Assembly: GCA_016207165.1 (NCBI GenBank)
Contig: JACQQD010000008.1
Span: 64,001-128,000, forward strand
DNA length: 64,000 bases
Direction of reading: 5' to 3'
Source: Candidatus Micrarchaeota archaeon
GTDB lineage: Archaea > Micrarchaeota > Micrarchaeia > Norongarragalinales > Norongarragalinaceae
This document shows positions 47,027 to 55,577 of this stretch, one piece after another. The position numbers and the translations under genes are program-made. Position 1 is the first letter of the stretch. Each line of letters begins with the position of its first letter. Under the pieces are notes generated by a model. The model searched no databases, was not told the DNA's origin, and was given only the letters and a program-made list of their open reading frames with translations.

Positions 47027-48625
47027 ATGTCGGAACACGGTGGCCGTCGTCGGCGTGCTGCAGCCCATCCCGCTGAACCCGAACGCCCACCGGAACGCCC
47101 GCCAGACCCCAATGAACGTGTTGTCATTCGGTTGTCCGATTCTTCGCCCCGTCCAGGTCAAAGCATTCATCAAATGGAACACGAGAAAATCCATAGCTTT
47201 TTTGACGGCATGCCTTTTCTTCTTCCTTGCGGAGTCCAAGGCGGTCAGGGCGTTGTACATGGTCAAGTCGCGTACCGCAAGCTTCCCGGCAGACCCGACT
47301 TGCCCCGTGCTCAAGCCAACCCCATTGAGCGCTCCCATGTGCTGGCCGCTTTGCTTGCAGAACGCATCTACCATCACCCCACCGCAGGCGCTTTCGTAGC
47401 CAGCCAATTAGGGAATGATTGGCATGAGAACATTTCCGAATTAATCAACGTGCTGCGCGGCGAAGCTCACCACGCATTTGCATCCGGCCTGGGTTTGGAC
47501 CATCGTTCGGAATGGCACGACGTGCTAGACTTGATACCCGATGTCGTGAATTTGTGGCCACAAACCCAAGAGCACGGCGGCCGCCCGCCGGGAGGCGGCG
47601 GACCCGGCGGAGGCGATGGAGGGGGCGGTCACCGTTCAGGCGTTCCGCCCATCAACATCAACATCCAAAACAACCCAGTCAACGAATTCAATCCGCAATT
47701 CAATCCCAGCAATTTTGGCAACGCCAGCATTAGTGACGCGAACAAAATCACCGACTCGAACAAAATTCAAGATGCATTGAACCCGCTTTCCAGTGGCCGC
47801 AACCGAATCCGAGTGGAAGGAGGCCGACAACGCCGGCGCAGACGCGATGCGCCTCCGCAAGCCGGACCCCAGCCGCCGGAACAGCAAGTCATTGAACCGC
47901 TCATCGTTGACGCGGACTTCCGCGTCCAGCCGCCCCAACGCCGGGCATTCCCGTTGGACTCAAGACGAGCCGCTCTTCCTTTGCCGCTCCGCGCGTTTCC
48001 AGGTCCTCAACGCGCGTTGCCACTCCAGTCACAAATCGCGTTGCCGGAGTCCACGCCCACCCACGACCACGGCCCCCAACAAGCGCAAGCCATTGACCCC
48101 AATGCCCCGGCGCCCTTGGCGCAACCGCATACGCCGGAACACGAATTTGAACGTCATCTTGGTTCTCTTCTGGCCTACTATGCTCATGTTCCGCATCGGT
48201 CGGCCCGCCTCGACGTTGTCCAACATGTTTGGGGTGATCCTGCCCTGCGCACGTTTCTTCACGAGCGCCCGGTCCCGCCAACTCCGTCAATGACGGACGA
48301 ACGCGTGCGTGAGTATTACCAAAATGTCGTTGGGGTATACCACGCACTGCCTACAAACAGTCCTTTTAAGGAGCAGTTGGGTCGCCGCCTGCTTCACGGT
48401 TTGGTCACGCATGTTTCGCAACAGGAGCAATGGCGGCGGGAAGACTTGACACAACTTTTGCGCCATCACCTCCACGACACGAATCTCGCGCCACACATTC
48501 AAGAGATGAGCGTGCATCGGATGCTGCCGGTTCTGCACATGAACTGGCCCCAATCCCGTGCCTTGGCGCACGACTTGGCCCGATACTTGGTTTGGCTCGG
48601 GTTTAATGGCCCGCTTCCCCGGTGA
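47027..48625 (+). CDS. Hypothetical His/Pro/Arg-rich protein with a long disordered middle
   Basis: 532-aa ORF; TATTTAA about 25 nt upstream; Gly run, Asn-rich stretch and RRA(F/L)PL repeats; no signal peptide. Confidence 0.7.
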   Translation: MSEHGGRRRRAAAHPAEPERPPERPPDPNERVVIRLSDSSPRPGQSIHQMEHEKIHSFFDGMPFLLPCGVQGGQGVVHGQVAYRKLPGRPDLPRAQANPIERSHVLAALLAERIYHHPTAGAFVASQLGNDWHENISELINVLRGEAHHAFASGLGLDHRSEWHDVLDLIPDVVNLWPQTQEHGGRPPGGGGPGGGDGGGGHRSGVPPININIQNNPVNEFNPQFNPSNFGNASISDANKITDSNKIQDALNPLSSGRNRIRVEGGRQRRRRRDAPPQAGPQPPEQQVIEPLIVDADFRVQPPQRRAFPLDSRRAALPLPLRAFPGPQRALPLQSQIALPESTPTHDHGPQQAQAIDPNAPAPLAQPHTPEHEFERHLGSLLAYYAHVPHRSARLDVVQHVWGDPALRTFLHERPVPPTPSMTDERVREYYQNVVGVYHALPTNSPFKEQLGRRLLHGLVTHVSQQEQWRREDLTQLLRHHLHDTNLAPHIQEMSVHRMLPVLHMNWPQSRALAHDLARYLVWLGFNGPLPR

Positions 48626-48631
48626 TTTGTT

Positions 48632-49084
48632 TTGGCCTCTCTTTTGACTTCCTTGAAAAAAGTCGTTTCCGCGTCCAAGAACGATCCGGTTCTGCGCCAG
48701 CGCCTCATCGCGCAAGCCATGTTGTTGGGCCAACTCAAGTACATCAAAAACAAGGTCTCGGCTCCGGCCAACGCGTGGCACGACGCGGACGCCTTCGAGA
48801 AATTCATGTTTTCCGTTTTGAAGCCTTCCCGATTTGCCAAAGGCTGGACCCAGCGCATTCTGCACTCGTTTGTTTTGTCCATGGTCTTGGCGCACGGCGA
48901 CTCCAAGAAACTGCGGGCCAAAGCCGGCGCATTCTTGCAGAAGTTTGACAAGCGGTACCACAAGCTCTCCGCGTTTTTCGCGAAATCCCCAGGGTTCTTC
49001 GCCGCGTACCTTTCGGGGTTGAAGTTCCAGAAAGACGTTGTGACGGTTGGGTTGCTGCGGTGCCTCGCGACGCCGCGTCATTGA
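48632..49084 (+). CDS. Basic alpha-helical hypothetical protein; its 3' end is repeated twice downstream
   Basis: TTG start 6 nt after the upstream stop; the repeat copies conserve this reading frame. Confidence 0.75.
   Translation: MASLLTSLKKVVSASKNDPVLRQRLIAQAMLLGQLKYIKNKVSAPANAWHDADAFEKFMFSVLKPSRFAKGWTQRILHSFVLSMVLAHGDSKKLRAKAGAFLQKFDKRYHKLSAFFAKSPGFFAAYLSGLKFQKDVVTVGLLRCLATPRH
48972..49084 (+). repeat. Gene-3'-end repeat, copy 1 (in use)
   Basis: Encodes FFAKSPGFFAAYLSGLKFQKDVVTVGLLRCLATPRH*. Confidence 0.9.
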
Positions 49085-49092
49085 CTCTTTGG

Positions 49093-49614
49093 CTATTCGT
49101 CTTTCAGGTGCTTTCGGCAAAGGTATTCCAATACACCGTCTTGCCAGCCCCGCGAATCAATCATTCTTAAAATCGCGTCATTGCCTTGGTTTTTTGACCA
49201 CGTGCCTTGCTTGACCAATTCCACGATCACGGCCGCACTAATCACGATGCGGATGCCCTCGGCTTGGGCCAAGCCGTCCAGTCTGTAGCCGGCTTCCACG
49301 TCATCGCATACCAGCAGTGGAATTTTTTCCCGAATGCACAGTGTGAATGCGCTTGCTTCGCCCACGTCCACAAGTCCCGTCACCGACGGCAAAACTCGGA
49401 CGGGGGCCGCATCCATTTTTCCCGACTTGATTAAGGCGAGGATTTTTTTGGCTGCTTGACCGACTCGGTCGTCAAAACCAGCCAATTCCTTGAGCTCGTC
49501 AACCACGGCCCTTGCAATCTTCCAGGAGACGATGGAAAACGAGGGTGTCAGAGCGCCAGCAAGTTCCAGGGAAACCAGGGCCGAAGTGTCCCCCGCCGCT
49601 GTTTTTAGTGCCAT
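49093..49614 (-). CDS. PIN-domain toxin (DUF3368-like)
   Basis: GDTSALV, VVDEL, D.GEASA..L and LVCDD motifs. Confidence 0.85.
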   Translation of the reverse strand: MALKTAAGDTSALVSLELAGALTPSFSIVSWKIARAVVDELKELAGFDDRVGQAAKKILALIKSGKMDAAPVRVLPSVTGLVDVGEASAFTLCIREKIPLLVCDDVEAGYRLDGLAQAEGIRIVISAAVIVELVKQGTWSKNQGNDAILRMIDSRGWQDGVLEYLCRKHLKDE

Positions 49615-49620
49615 GCCGGT

Positions 49621-49914
49621 TTATCCCAAGCCTTGTTCAAACGACTTTTTGGCCGTGGAAACGAAAAAGGCGACTTTACGAGCTTCCTCGTATCCCAGCA
49701 CTCGCACCAAGTCGTCAAAGAGGATTTGGCCTTCCGCAAATTTTTTCGCAACGATTTTCTTCATTTCGTTCAGCGACTGCTCCCGCGCGTAATATTCTTC
49801 GACGGCTTTCCGTACGATGGCCGAACGAACCTGCCGTTTGCCTTTGGCCAATATCTCGAGTTTCTTCTCCGTTTCAGGCTCCACGCGAACGTGAATGACG
49901 GATTCATGCGCCAC
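49621..49914 (-). CDS. RHH/CopG antitoxin
   Basis: IHVRVE.E....L..LA....RSAIVRKAVEEY; SD GGAGGTG before the GTG start. Confidence 0.85.
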   Translation of the reverse strand: MAHESVIHVRVEPETEKKLEILAKGKRQVRSAIVRKAVEEYYAREQSLNEMKKIVAKKFAEGQILFDDLVRVLGYEEARKVAFFVSTAKKSFEQGLG

Positions 49915-49935
49915 GGCAACCCACCTCCACATCCA

Positions 49936-49956
49936 ATGTAATACTTTGTATCACAT
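49936..49956. promoter_or_regulatory. Inverted-repeat operator of the TA operon
   Basis: ATGTAATAC-TTT-GTATCACAT (1 mismatch), next to a TATTAA box. Confidence 0.6.
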
Positions 49957-50017
49957 ATTAATGTTTCGGCGAATTGTCCATCCGAAAAAGGGCTGACAAG
50001 CCACGGCTGGCTTGCCT

Positions 50018-50121
50018 CGTTTTTCGCCAAGTCCCCGGAGTTTTTCGCCGCGTACTTGACGGGGTTGAAGTTCAAGAAAGACGCCGTCACGGCCGGGTTG
50101 CTGCGGTGCGTGGCCCGTTGA
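50018..50121 (+). repeat. Gene-3'-end repeat, copy 2 (orphan)
   Basis: Encodes FFAKSPEFFAAYLTGLKFKKDAVTAGLLRCVAR*. Confidence 0.9.
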
Positions 50122-50251
50122 TTTCCGTCGGCGTCAAGTACCTGTTGGCAATTGCTTTTCGGTTGCTTTGCAGAGGCTTGGAAAACGGCTTAGTCTTTTC
50201 TTCGATCTGTTTTTGCCGTGGTTGCACTGCCAACGCGGTTTGTTTCTTTCC

Positions 50252-50554
50252 CTACTTTCCTTTGAGTAGCCGGGCGAGCGTTTTTTCCTCCTCGTCGTCC
50301 TCTCCGTAAAGCGCTTCGTCAACGCCCGTGTTTCTGAGGGCTTCCAGGACTTGGCGCGTGGAGACGTTGAGGCTCTCCGCAATTTTTCGAATCGAGTATC
50401 CTTTTTTCCGGAGGTCAGCCACGGTTTCATCCAGGAGCGCCTTGAGGAGGTATTGGCGGGCCACATCCACGCGTTTGAGGTAGTTTTGCTTGGCTTTGGC
50501 GTCCAGCACGTCCACGGCTTCCTTGGGCAAGCCCAAGTGAATGTATTTTGTCAT
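50252..50554 (-). CDS. RHH+HTH antitoxin (UPF0175-like)
   Basis: IHLGLP.E....LD and SIRKIAE.LNVS; ATGA overlap with the upstream PIN gene. Confidence 0.8.
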   Translation of the reverse strand: MTKYIHLGLPKEAVDVLDAKAKQNYLKRVDVARQYLLKALLDETVADLRKKGYSIRKIAESLNVSTRQVLEALRNTGVDEALYGEDDEEEKTLARLLKGK

Positions 50555-51027
50555 GATTTGATTCCCTCCAAGTTCTTCAACGCGGTTTCGACTTTTTTTG
50601 TCCTCGGGTACGTGACGGAAAGTTTTTCCAGCCACGCAACCGCCGTCCGTCGTTCCACCACATCTTTTTTCGCCAGAAATTCGATGAATGCCGGCGTGGA
50701 AAGAACGGCGATGTGCCGATTTCTTGCCGCCGCCATCAAAAGCCCGTCGTCGGTGACCAGAACGCATTCCCGTTTGCGTTGCGTGCACGTTTCCAGGAGG
50801 CTTGCATCGACGGGCGAGAGGTTGCGAAACGCGGAATCCGTCTTGGCGGCTTTGCTTTCAAGGATGGCCACGCATTCCGCCATCCTGACGCTTTTGATTT
50901 CGTCTTTCAGGTTGTGTCGCGCCTCGTCCAATACCGCCTGGATGCTGGCGGGGCGGACGATTCCCAGTGCCTGGACGTCAATTTCGGCCATGAACGTGAG
51001 GAACGTTGCATCCGCAACGTACAACAT
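50551..51027 (-). CDS. PIN-domain toxin
   Basis: YVADATFL, VLDE, LSPVDASLL and LVTDD..L motifs. Confidence 0.85.
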   Translation of the reverse strand: MLYVADATFLTFMAEIDVQALGIVRPASIQAVLDEARHNLKDEIKSVRMAECVAILESKAAKTDSAFRNLSPVDASLLETCTQRKRECVLVTDDGLLMAAARNRHIAVLSTPAFIEFLAKKDVVERRTAVAWLEKLSVTYPRTKKVETALKNLEGIKS

Positions 51028-51035
51028 GGCATTTT

Positions 51036-51050
51036 ATTACAATTTGTAAT
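51036..51050. promoter_or_regulatory. Palindromic operator
   Basis: ATTACAA-T-TTGTAAT, 8 nt upstream of the PIN start codon. Confidence 0.6.
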
Positions 51051-51097
51051 TCTTAACCTTTTTGGTTTCCGGTCCTATTACTCCGTTGCGGATTCTT

Positions 51098-51205
51098 TTG
51101 TTCGCCAAGTCCCCGGAGTTCTTCGCCGCGTACCTTTCGGGATTGAAGTTCCAGAAGGACACCGTCACAACCGGGCTTCTGCGTTGCTTGGCTGTGGCCC
51201 GATAG
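51098..51205 (+). repeat. Gene-3'-end repeat, copy 3 (orphan)
   Basis: Encodes LFAKSPEFFAAYLSGLKFQKDTVTTGLLRCLAVAR*. Confidence 0.9.
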
Positions 51206-51298
51206 TTTTCAAGCGTTTTTCTTTGGCTTTTTGTTGCTACTGCGGGGTGTACTCGCGGCCCGCAGTGTTTAAATAACCGGCTTGTTCTACTAAGAGTC

Positions 51299-52735
51299 AT
51301 GGCTTTCAGGGGTCTTTCCCGGCTTCACTGGGTCGTCTTGGCCATTGTTTTCGTTGCTGGCGCCTTATGGTATCTTTCTTCCACTTCTTCCGCTCCGGTC
51401 CGCGATTTAGGCGGTTCTGCCTCTCCAACCCCTTTGGCTGTTTCCGACCAGACGCTTTCCGGAACCCCAACGCGCATTTCGTATGAGGGTTCCACGGTTT
51501 CGCTTGAACGACACGTTTCCGAGGACGGCAAGACGCATACGTCGGTAGTTGAGAATTTGGGTGAGTCCACGGTGAGCGTGGGCATCATCACGGTTGTTCC
51601 CAAGTCGCTGGCTTCCTCGGCTTCGCAACTGGGGCTTTCAAAAGATGTCGACGTTCTGGAGGACGACCCCATCGTTCTTCGCCTCGTTGACTTGGGTTCC
51701 GGTCAGAACGCGGCTCACAGCATTGTTTTGAAGTCAACGGCTGGACGTGACCGGGGCGTGTACCACATTTTTGTTTTGAATGCTAAGATGTGGTTGAACC
51801 AGTACACGGAGCAATTCGCGGAATTGGTGCAATTGCTGAAGACCTTGCCGGACAACGTTTCCAACGATGAGGCGAACCAGGTTTCGGATGCCTTCAGCCG
51901 TATTCTGAACGGAGACGGTGATCCCGCAGCCCGCATTGTTTCTGCGAAAGAGTACTTGGCGTCCAAGTCCACCGGCGCTGTCACGTTTGCGGTGGACGAG
52001 GACCAGCCGTTCGGCGACGTCCAAATGCAATTGTCTATTGACAACCCCGTTTCCTTGTATGCTTTGCCTTTGTCCAATGAGTTCACCTCGGTGCTGGGTT
52101 TGGGTACGCACTTGGGCGTCCGCCAGGGTTATGCTCACGTGCAAGGCCAAGATTCCGCTTTCGGCGGTCTTGAACCTTCCTATTTGCAGGACTACGTCAA
52201 GTTGGTTCAGACTAAGGACGGCGGTTATGCGTTGTTGGCGGACTTGCAGGCTCCGGCGCGCCAATCCCTGCCGGAATTCTCGGTTTCCGGACGCGCGGAA
52301 CTGTTCTTCTCTGGCCGGCCCAACACGGCTATTTTGGTTCCCATTCGCGTGGACTTGCTGCCGGCCGAGCACTTCGGCGACTCCAGCCTAGACACGCCAT
52401 TTGACTTGATTGCGTACGATTGCGGCGACTTGCAAAACGAGTTGGGCATTGCGGAACACGCGCTTTTGACCAAGGCCGCGCAGGTGGACGAAGTCAACGA
52501 CCAACTGCTTTCAGGAGACCAAGTCACGCTGGTTAGTTCCTTGCGCGTGAACTTGGAGCGTTTTGACGGCTTTCCCGAGGAATGCCAAGGCTTGCCGGAG
52601 ATTTTTGAAGGAATTCCGTTCAAGGCCAGAAAAATCAACGTGGTGACTTACTCTTACAAGGAGGGCGAGGCCACGTGGGAGTTGGTGGAAGAAGAACCAC
52701 CTACTTTTCGGGAAATCGAGGTTTCGGATTCATGA
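51299..52735 (+). CDS. Membrane-anchored surface protein, paralogue of 53814-55574
   Basis: TTTAAATA box upstream; N-terminal TM; P.RDLG, VPKSLASSAS.L and DVLEDDP motifs. Confidence 0.82.
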   Translation: MAFRGLSRLHWVVLAIVFVAGALWYLSSTSSAPVRDLGGSASPTPLAVSDQTLSGTPTRISYEGSTVSLERHVSEDGKTHTSVVENLGESTVSVGIITVVPKSLASSASQLGLSKDVDVLEDDPIVLRLVDLGSGQNAAHSIVLKSTAGRDRGVYHIFVLNAKMWLNQYTEQFAELVQLLKTLPDNVSNDEANQVSDAFSRILNGDGDPAARIVSAKEYLASKSTGAVTFAVDEDQPFGDVQMQLSIDNPVSLYALPLSNEFTSVLGLGTHLGVRQGYAHVQGQDSAFGGLEPSYLQDYVKLVQTKDGGYALLADLQAPARQSLPEFSVSGRAELFFSGRPNTAILVPIRVDLLPAEHFGDSSLDTPFDLIAYDCGDLQNELGIAEHALLTKAAQVDEVNDQLLSGDQVTLVSSLRVNLERFDGFPEECQGLPEIFEGIPFKARKINVVTYSYKEGEATWELVEEEPPTFREIEVSDS

Positions 52736-52772
52736 GTATCTTTTGTAACGAGGGGTTTGGAGGTTGTCGGGT

Positions 52773-53657
52773 ATGACTTGGAAAACGTTTGGAGTATTGG
52801 GTTTGGCTGCCGCACTTTTCTTGACGTTGGGAGCCTTTGTCGTAGGCGCGCCGGGAGGGACGCCCGCGGGCGGTCCTGCGACTCCGAAAATTATCTACTG
52901 TGCGTACAAAAGCCAGTCTTGGCTTCTTGACTCCTCTTTGTTGCAGAAGTATCCAGACGCCTGGTTGGTGGCGAACAACTACATTCGCTATCTGATGAAA
53001 GAAGGTGTCATTGCCGACGGTTCGGTGGGCACTTCGACGTCCGGCGGCGTGTACCATAAGGCTGATTACAACCCGGCTTTTGAAAACCTGTATATTGATT
53101 TGTGTTACCGTTCGGGCGTGACTCAAAATAAACTTAGCCTTATTTCCAGTGAGGAATATGCTGAGCGGGCTTTGGCTGACTTGAAGTCCTTTGCCAAGTC
53201 GAACGTTCGGTCGCAAGCGCTTGATGACGCTTTGACGGATTTCCGCGTATGGGTCAACGATAATTTGGGAAAGGCCAAGACCAAAGTGGTTCGGGGGGCG
53301 CGGGATTTCTGGAATGATTGGTTGGATGCCCAAAAGCGGCTTGCCACTGAGACGAACGAGCAGGCTAAGCGCGTGTTGACCTTGGCTGTCCAAGTCAATA
53401 AAGAAATTGGTGCCAACGAGATGCTGTCTGATAAAGAACAAACCGAAAAGAAGACGCGTGTTGTCGTTATTACCGGTTTGATGACTGAACTTATTAAGAG
53501 CAACCCAGGCATCACGGCTTCAGTAAAGGGCAAGTCGGACAAAGAAATCAAGGACATTTTCTACCGATATTTGCGGGATGAATCGGCCCCGGTAGATTCT
53601 GAAACCGTAAAGTCGCAGTTGCTCGCCCGTCTTACGGGCGGCCTAGTAGCGACTTAG
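52773..53657 (+). CDS. Secreted alpha-helical hypothetical protein
   Basis: SD GGAGG; signal peptide; lower GC than its flanks. Confidence 0.78.
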   Translation: MTWKTFGVLGLAAALFLTLGAFVVGAPGGTPAGGPATPKIIYCAYKSQSWLLDSSLLQKYPDAWLVANNYIRYLMKEGVIADGSVGTSTSGGVYHKADYNPAFENLYIDLCYRSGVTQNKLSLISSEEYAERALADLKSFAKSNVRSQALDDALTDFRVWVNDNLGKAKTKVVRGARDFWNDWLDAQKRLATETNEQAKRVLTLAVQVNKEIGANEMLSDKEQTEKKTRVVVITGLMTELIKSNPGITASVKGKSDKEIKDIFYRYLRDESAPVDSETVKSQLLARLTGGLVAT

Positions 53658-53659
53658 CC

Positions 53660-53692
53660 TTTTCTTTCTTTTTTTCTTTTTCCTTCTTTTTC
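53660..53692 (+). terminator. Archaeal-type poly-pyrimidine terminator
   Basis: About 33-nt T/C-only tract directly after the stop codon. Confidence 0.6.
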
Positions 53693-53813
53693 TGATTGGG
53701 TGCGAGCGTAGGCTTTGACTGGTTTCGGTTTGGGGGTTTGAACGGCAGTGGGGGGCGGGAATGCTTGCCGCGTTTGGAACTGTTTTTATTCAGGTTGCGC
53801 CTACTTTTAGCAC

Positions 53814-55574
53814 ATGTCGGACGCCTCTTTTTCGGTTGCATCGGACGGCGAAAAACCGTCGTTGCCGTTAATTGGTTTGGCGGTGTTGGTGGTGTTGGCT
53901 GGCGCCGTAATCTTTTTGTCGCAAAATTCCACCACCCCGTTTCGTGACTTGGGTTCTCCGGCGCCCCCGCAAGCCGCTTCGGTTTCTGGCGTTGTTTCTT
54001 CCACGGAGTCTTTTTCGCTTTCCGGTGCCCAAGTCCGAGTCGATTCCGAGGTCTTCGTGGTTGGCGAACGCATGACGGAAAAAGTGGCTCTTGAAAGTTC
54101 CAGTGCTTGGACGGGTTACTTCGTGGAAGTGATTCCCAAAGAGTTTGCGGCTTCGGCTTCAAAATTGGATTTGAATGGATATTCGGACGTCCAAGTTCTG
54201 GAGGATGACCCCGTGATTGCCGTTCCCATCGTGCTTTCGCCTGGTAGCCCGGTTTCGTTGTCGAAAACCGGTTCCAGCACCAATCTCCGCTTGCTTCACT
54301 TCCTGGTTTCGGACGACGCGCTGTCGTCGGATGCGTCCGAGCGGAAAGAACAGCTCAGGCAAATTGCGGCGGCGTTTGGCGCGTTGGACTTCGAGCAGTT
54401 GCTGGTGTTCACCGGAAGTGACATTGAGGCGTTTCAAGGGGATGTTTCGGGTTTGTTGAGCGATTCGTCGAAGACTTTTCCGGAGCGCGTGGCCGCGTTG
54501 AAAGGGAAAGTCTCGGCGCAGACGTCGTCGGAGAACGTGGAAGCTGCTTTGAAGAGAAGCGAGAACAAGATTTACTTGGAACTCAATCCGTATGCGCCTT
54601 CTTCGACGTACCGGTTGCCCGTGGTTTCGACGCGAGGCTCTGTCGAATTGACCCGCAATGCGTTTGCGCCTTTGTTGAAAGTGTCTGGGTTGGACGTGCC
54701 CCGGCTTGAGACGAACGTCGGTTTTTCCCAAAGCGTTGAGACCGATCCGTGGCTTGTCGAGGTGGCCGTCGACGCGTCTCGGGTTGAAACTTCAGGGGGC
54801 AAACTGGTTCTGGACGGCGAGCCATTGATCAACGCATTGGGGTCTTTGGATGTGCAATTCACCCAGGAATTGGACGTCAAGCAAAGCATTCCGTTTTTGG
54901 TTGAGTTCACGCAGCCGCCGGTTGCCGATTACTTGGCGTTTTATGTTCCCGCCATTTATTACGGGTCCACTGACGTGCCCTTCTTGATGAGAAACGACGC
55001 ATCCATGGATTTCCAAGTCAGCGTGTGCGGTCAAGAACAAATTTTGTCTGCTGAAACTTGGCAAGTTCTTTACGTGTCTCCGGAAAAAATCGACGACTGC
55101 CAAATCACGCAGGGAACGGAAACCCTGGTCTTGGGCGGAAAGACGGGGTTGACGGCGATGCCGGTTCGCGTGGATTTGTCCAAAGAGGATTATTCGCCGG
55201 ATGTCAAGGCGGCTTTGTCTGGGAATGGATACTTGTTCCACCGGTATGCCGTGCCGCTTTCCGAGTCGCCGTCGGATTACTGCTCCAACCGCTTGTGTAC
55301 CTGCGATGCGGCCGTTGAATCGACCAAGAATTTGGTTCTTCGGGCAACGGAATTGAACCGCCTTTACCAGGCAACGCATGCTTCGACTTTGGTGCTTTTG
55401 GATTCGACGGAAGCCGGTTGTGAATACGAATTTTCGGAGGATGGGCGACTTTCGCTTGAACCCGGTCTAAATGTCGTCCAAGCCACTTTTTCCGAATCCA
55501 ATGCGCACGACCAGCCATTCACCGTCGTGGTTTCAACTGAAAAAATAAAGGGCGGGTTCTTCGGGGCGGACTAA
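53814..55574 (+). CDS. Membrane-anchored surface protein with C-terminal Cys module
   Basis: TM; PFRDLG, IPKEFAASAS.L, QVLEDDP and YCSNRLCTC motifs. Confidence 0.82.
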   Translation: MSDASFSVASDGEKPSLPLIGLAVLVVLAGAVIFLSQNSTTPFRDLGSPAPPQAASVSGVVSSTESFSLSGAQVRVDSEVFVVGERMTEKVALESSSAWTGYFVEVIPKEFAASASKLDLNGYSDVQVLEDDPVIAVPIVLSPGSPVSLSKTGSSTNLRLLHFLVSDDALSSDASERKEQLRQIAAAFGALDFEQLLVFTGSDIEAFQGDVSGLLSDSSKTFPERVAALKGKVSAQTSSENVEAALKRSENKIYLELNPYAPSSTYRLPVVSTRGSVELTRNAFAPLLKVSGLDVPRLETNVGFSQSVETDPWLVEVAVDASRVETSGGKLVLDGEPLINALGSLDVQFTQELDVKQSIPFLVEFTQPPVADYLAFYVPAIYYGSTDVPFLMRNDASMDFQVSVCGQEQILSAETWQVLYVSPEKIDDCQITQGTETLVLGGKTGLTAMPVRVDLSKEDYSPDVKAALSGNGYLFHRYAVPLSESPSDYCSNRLCTCDAAVESTKNLVLRATELNRLYQATHASTLVLLDSTEAGCEYEFSEDGRLSLEPGLNVVQATFSESNAHDQPFTVVVSTEKIKGGFFGAD

Positions 55575-55577
55575 TCC

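Noticed and set aside
49092-49101. CTATTCGTC at the end of a second PIN gene, the same as the hairpin loop
   Set aside because: A 9-nt match explained by Asp-Glu-stop codons, with no flanking stem.
48972-51205. CRISPR array or DGR template/variable repeats as an explanation of the triple repeat
   Set aside because: The repeats are ~105 bp with ~1-kb gene-containing spacers; no cas or reverse transcriptase gene is present; the differences are not adenine-specific.
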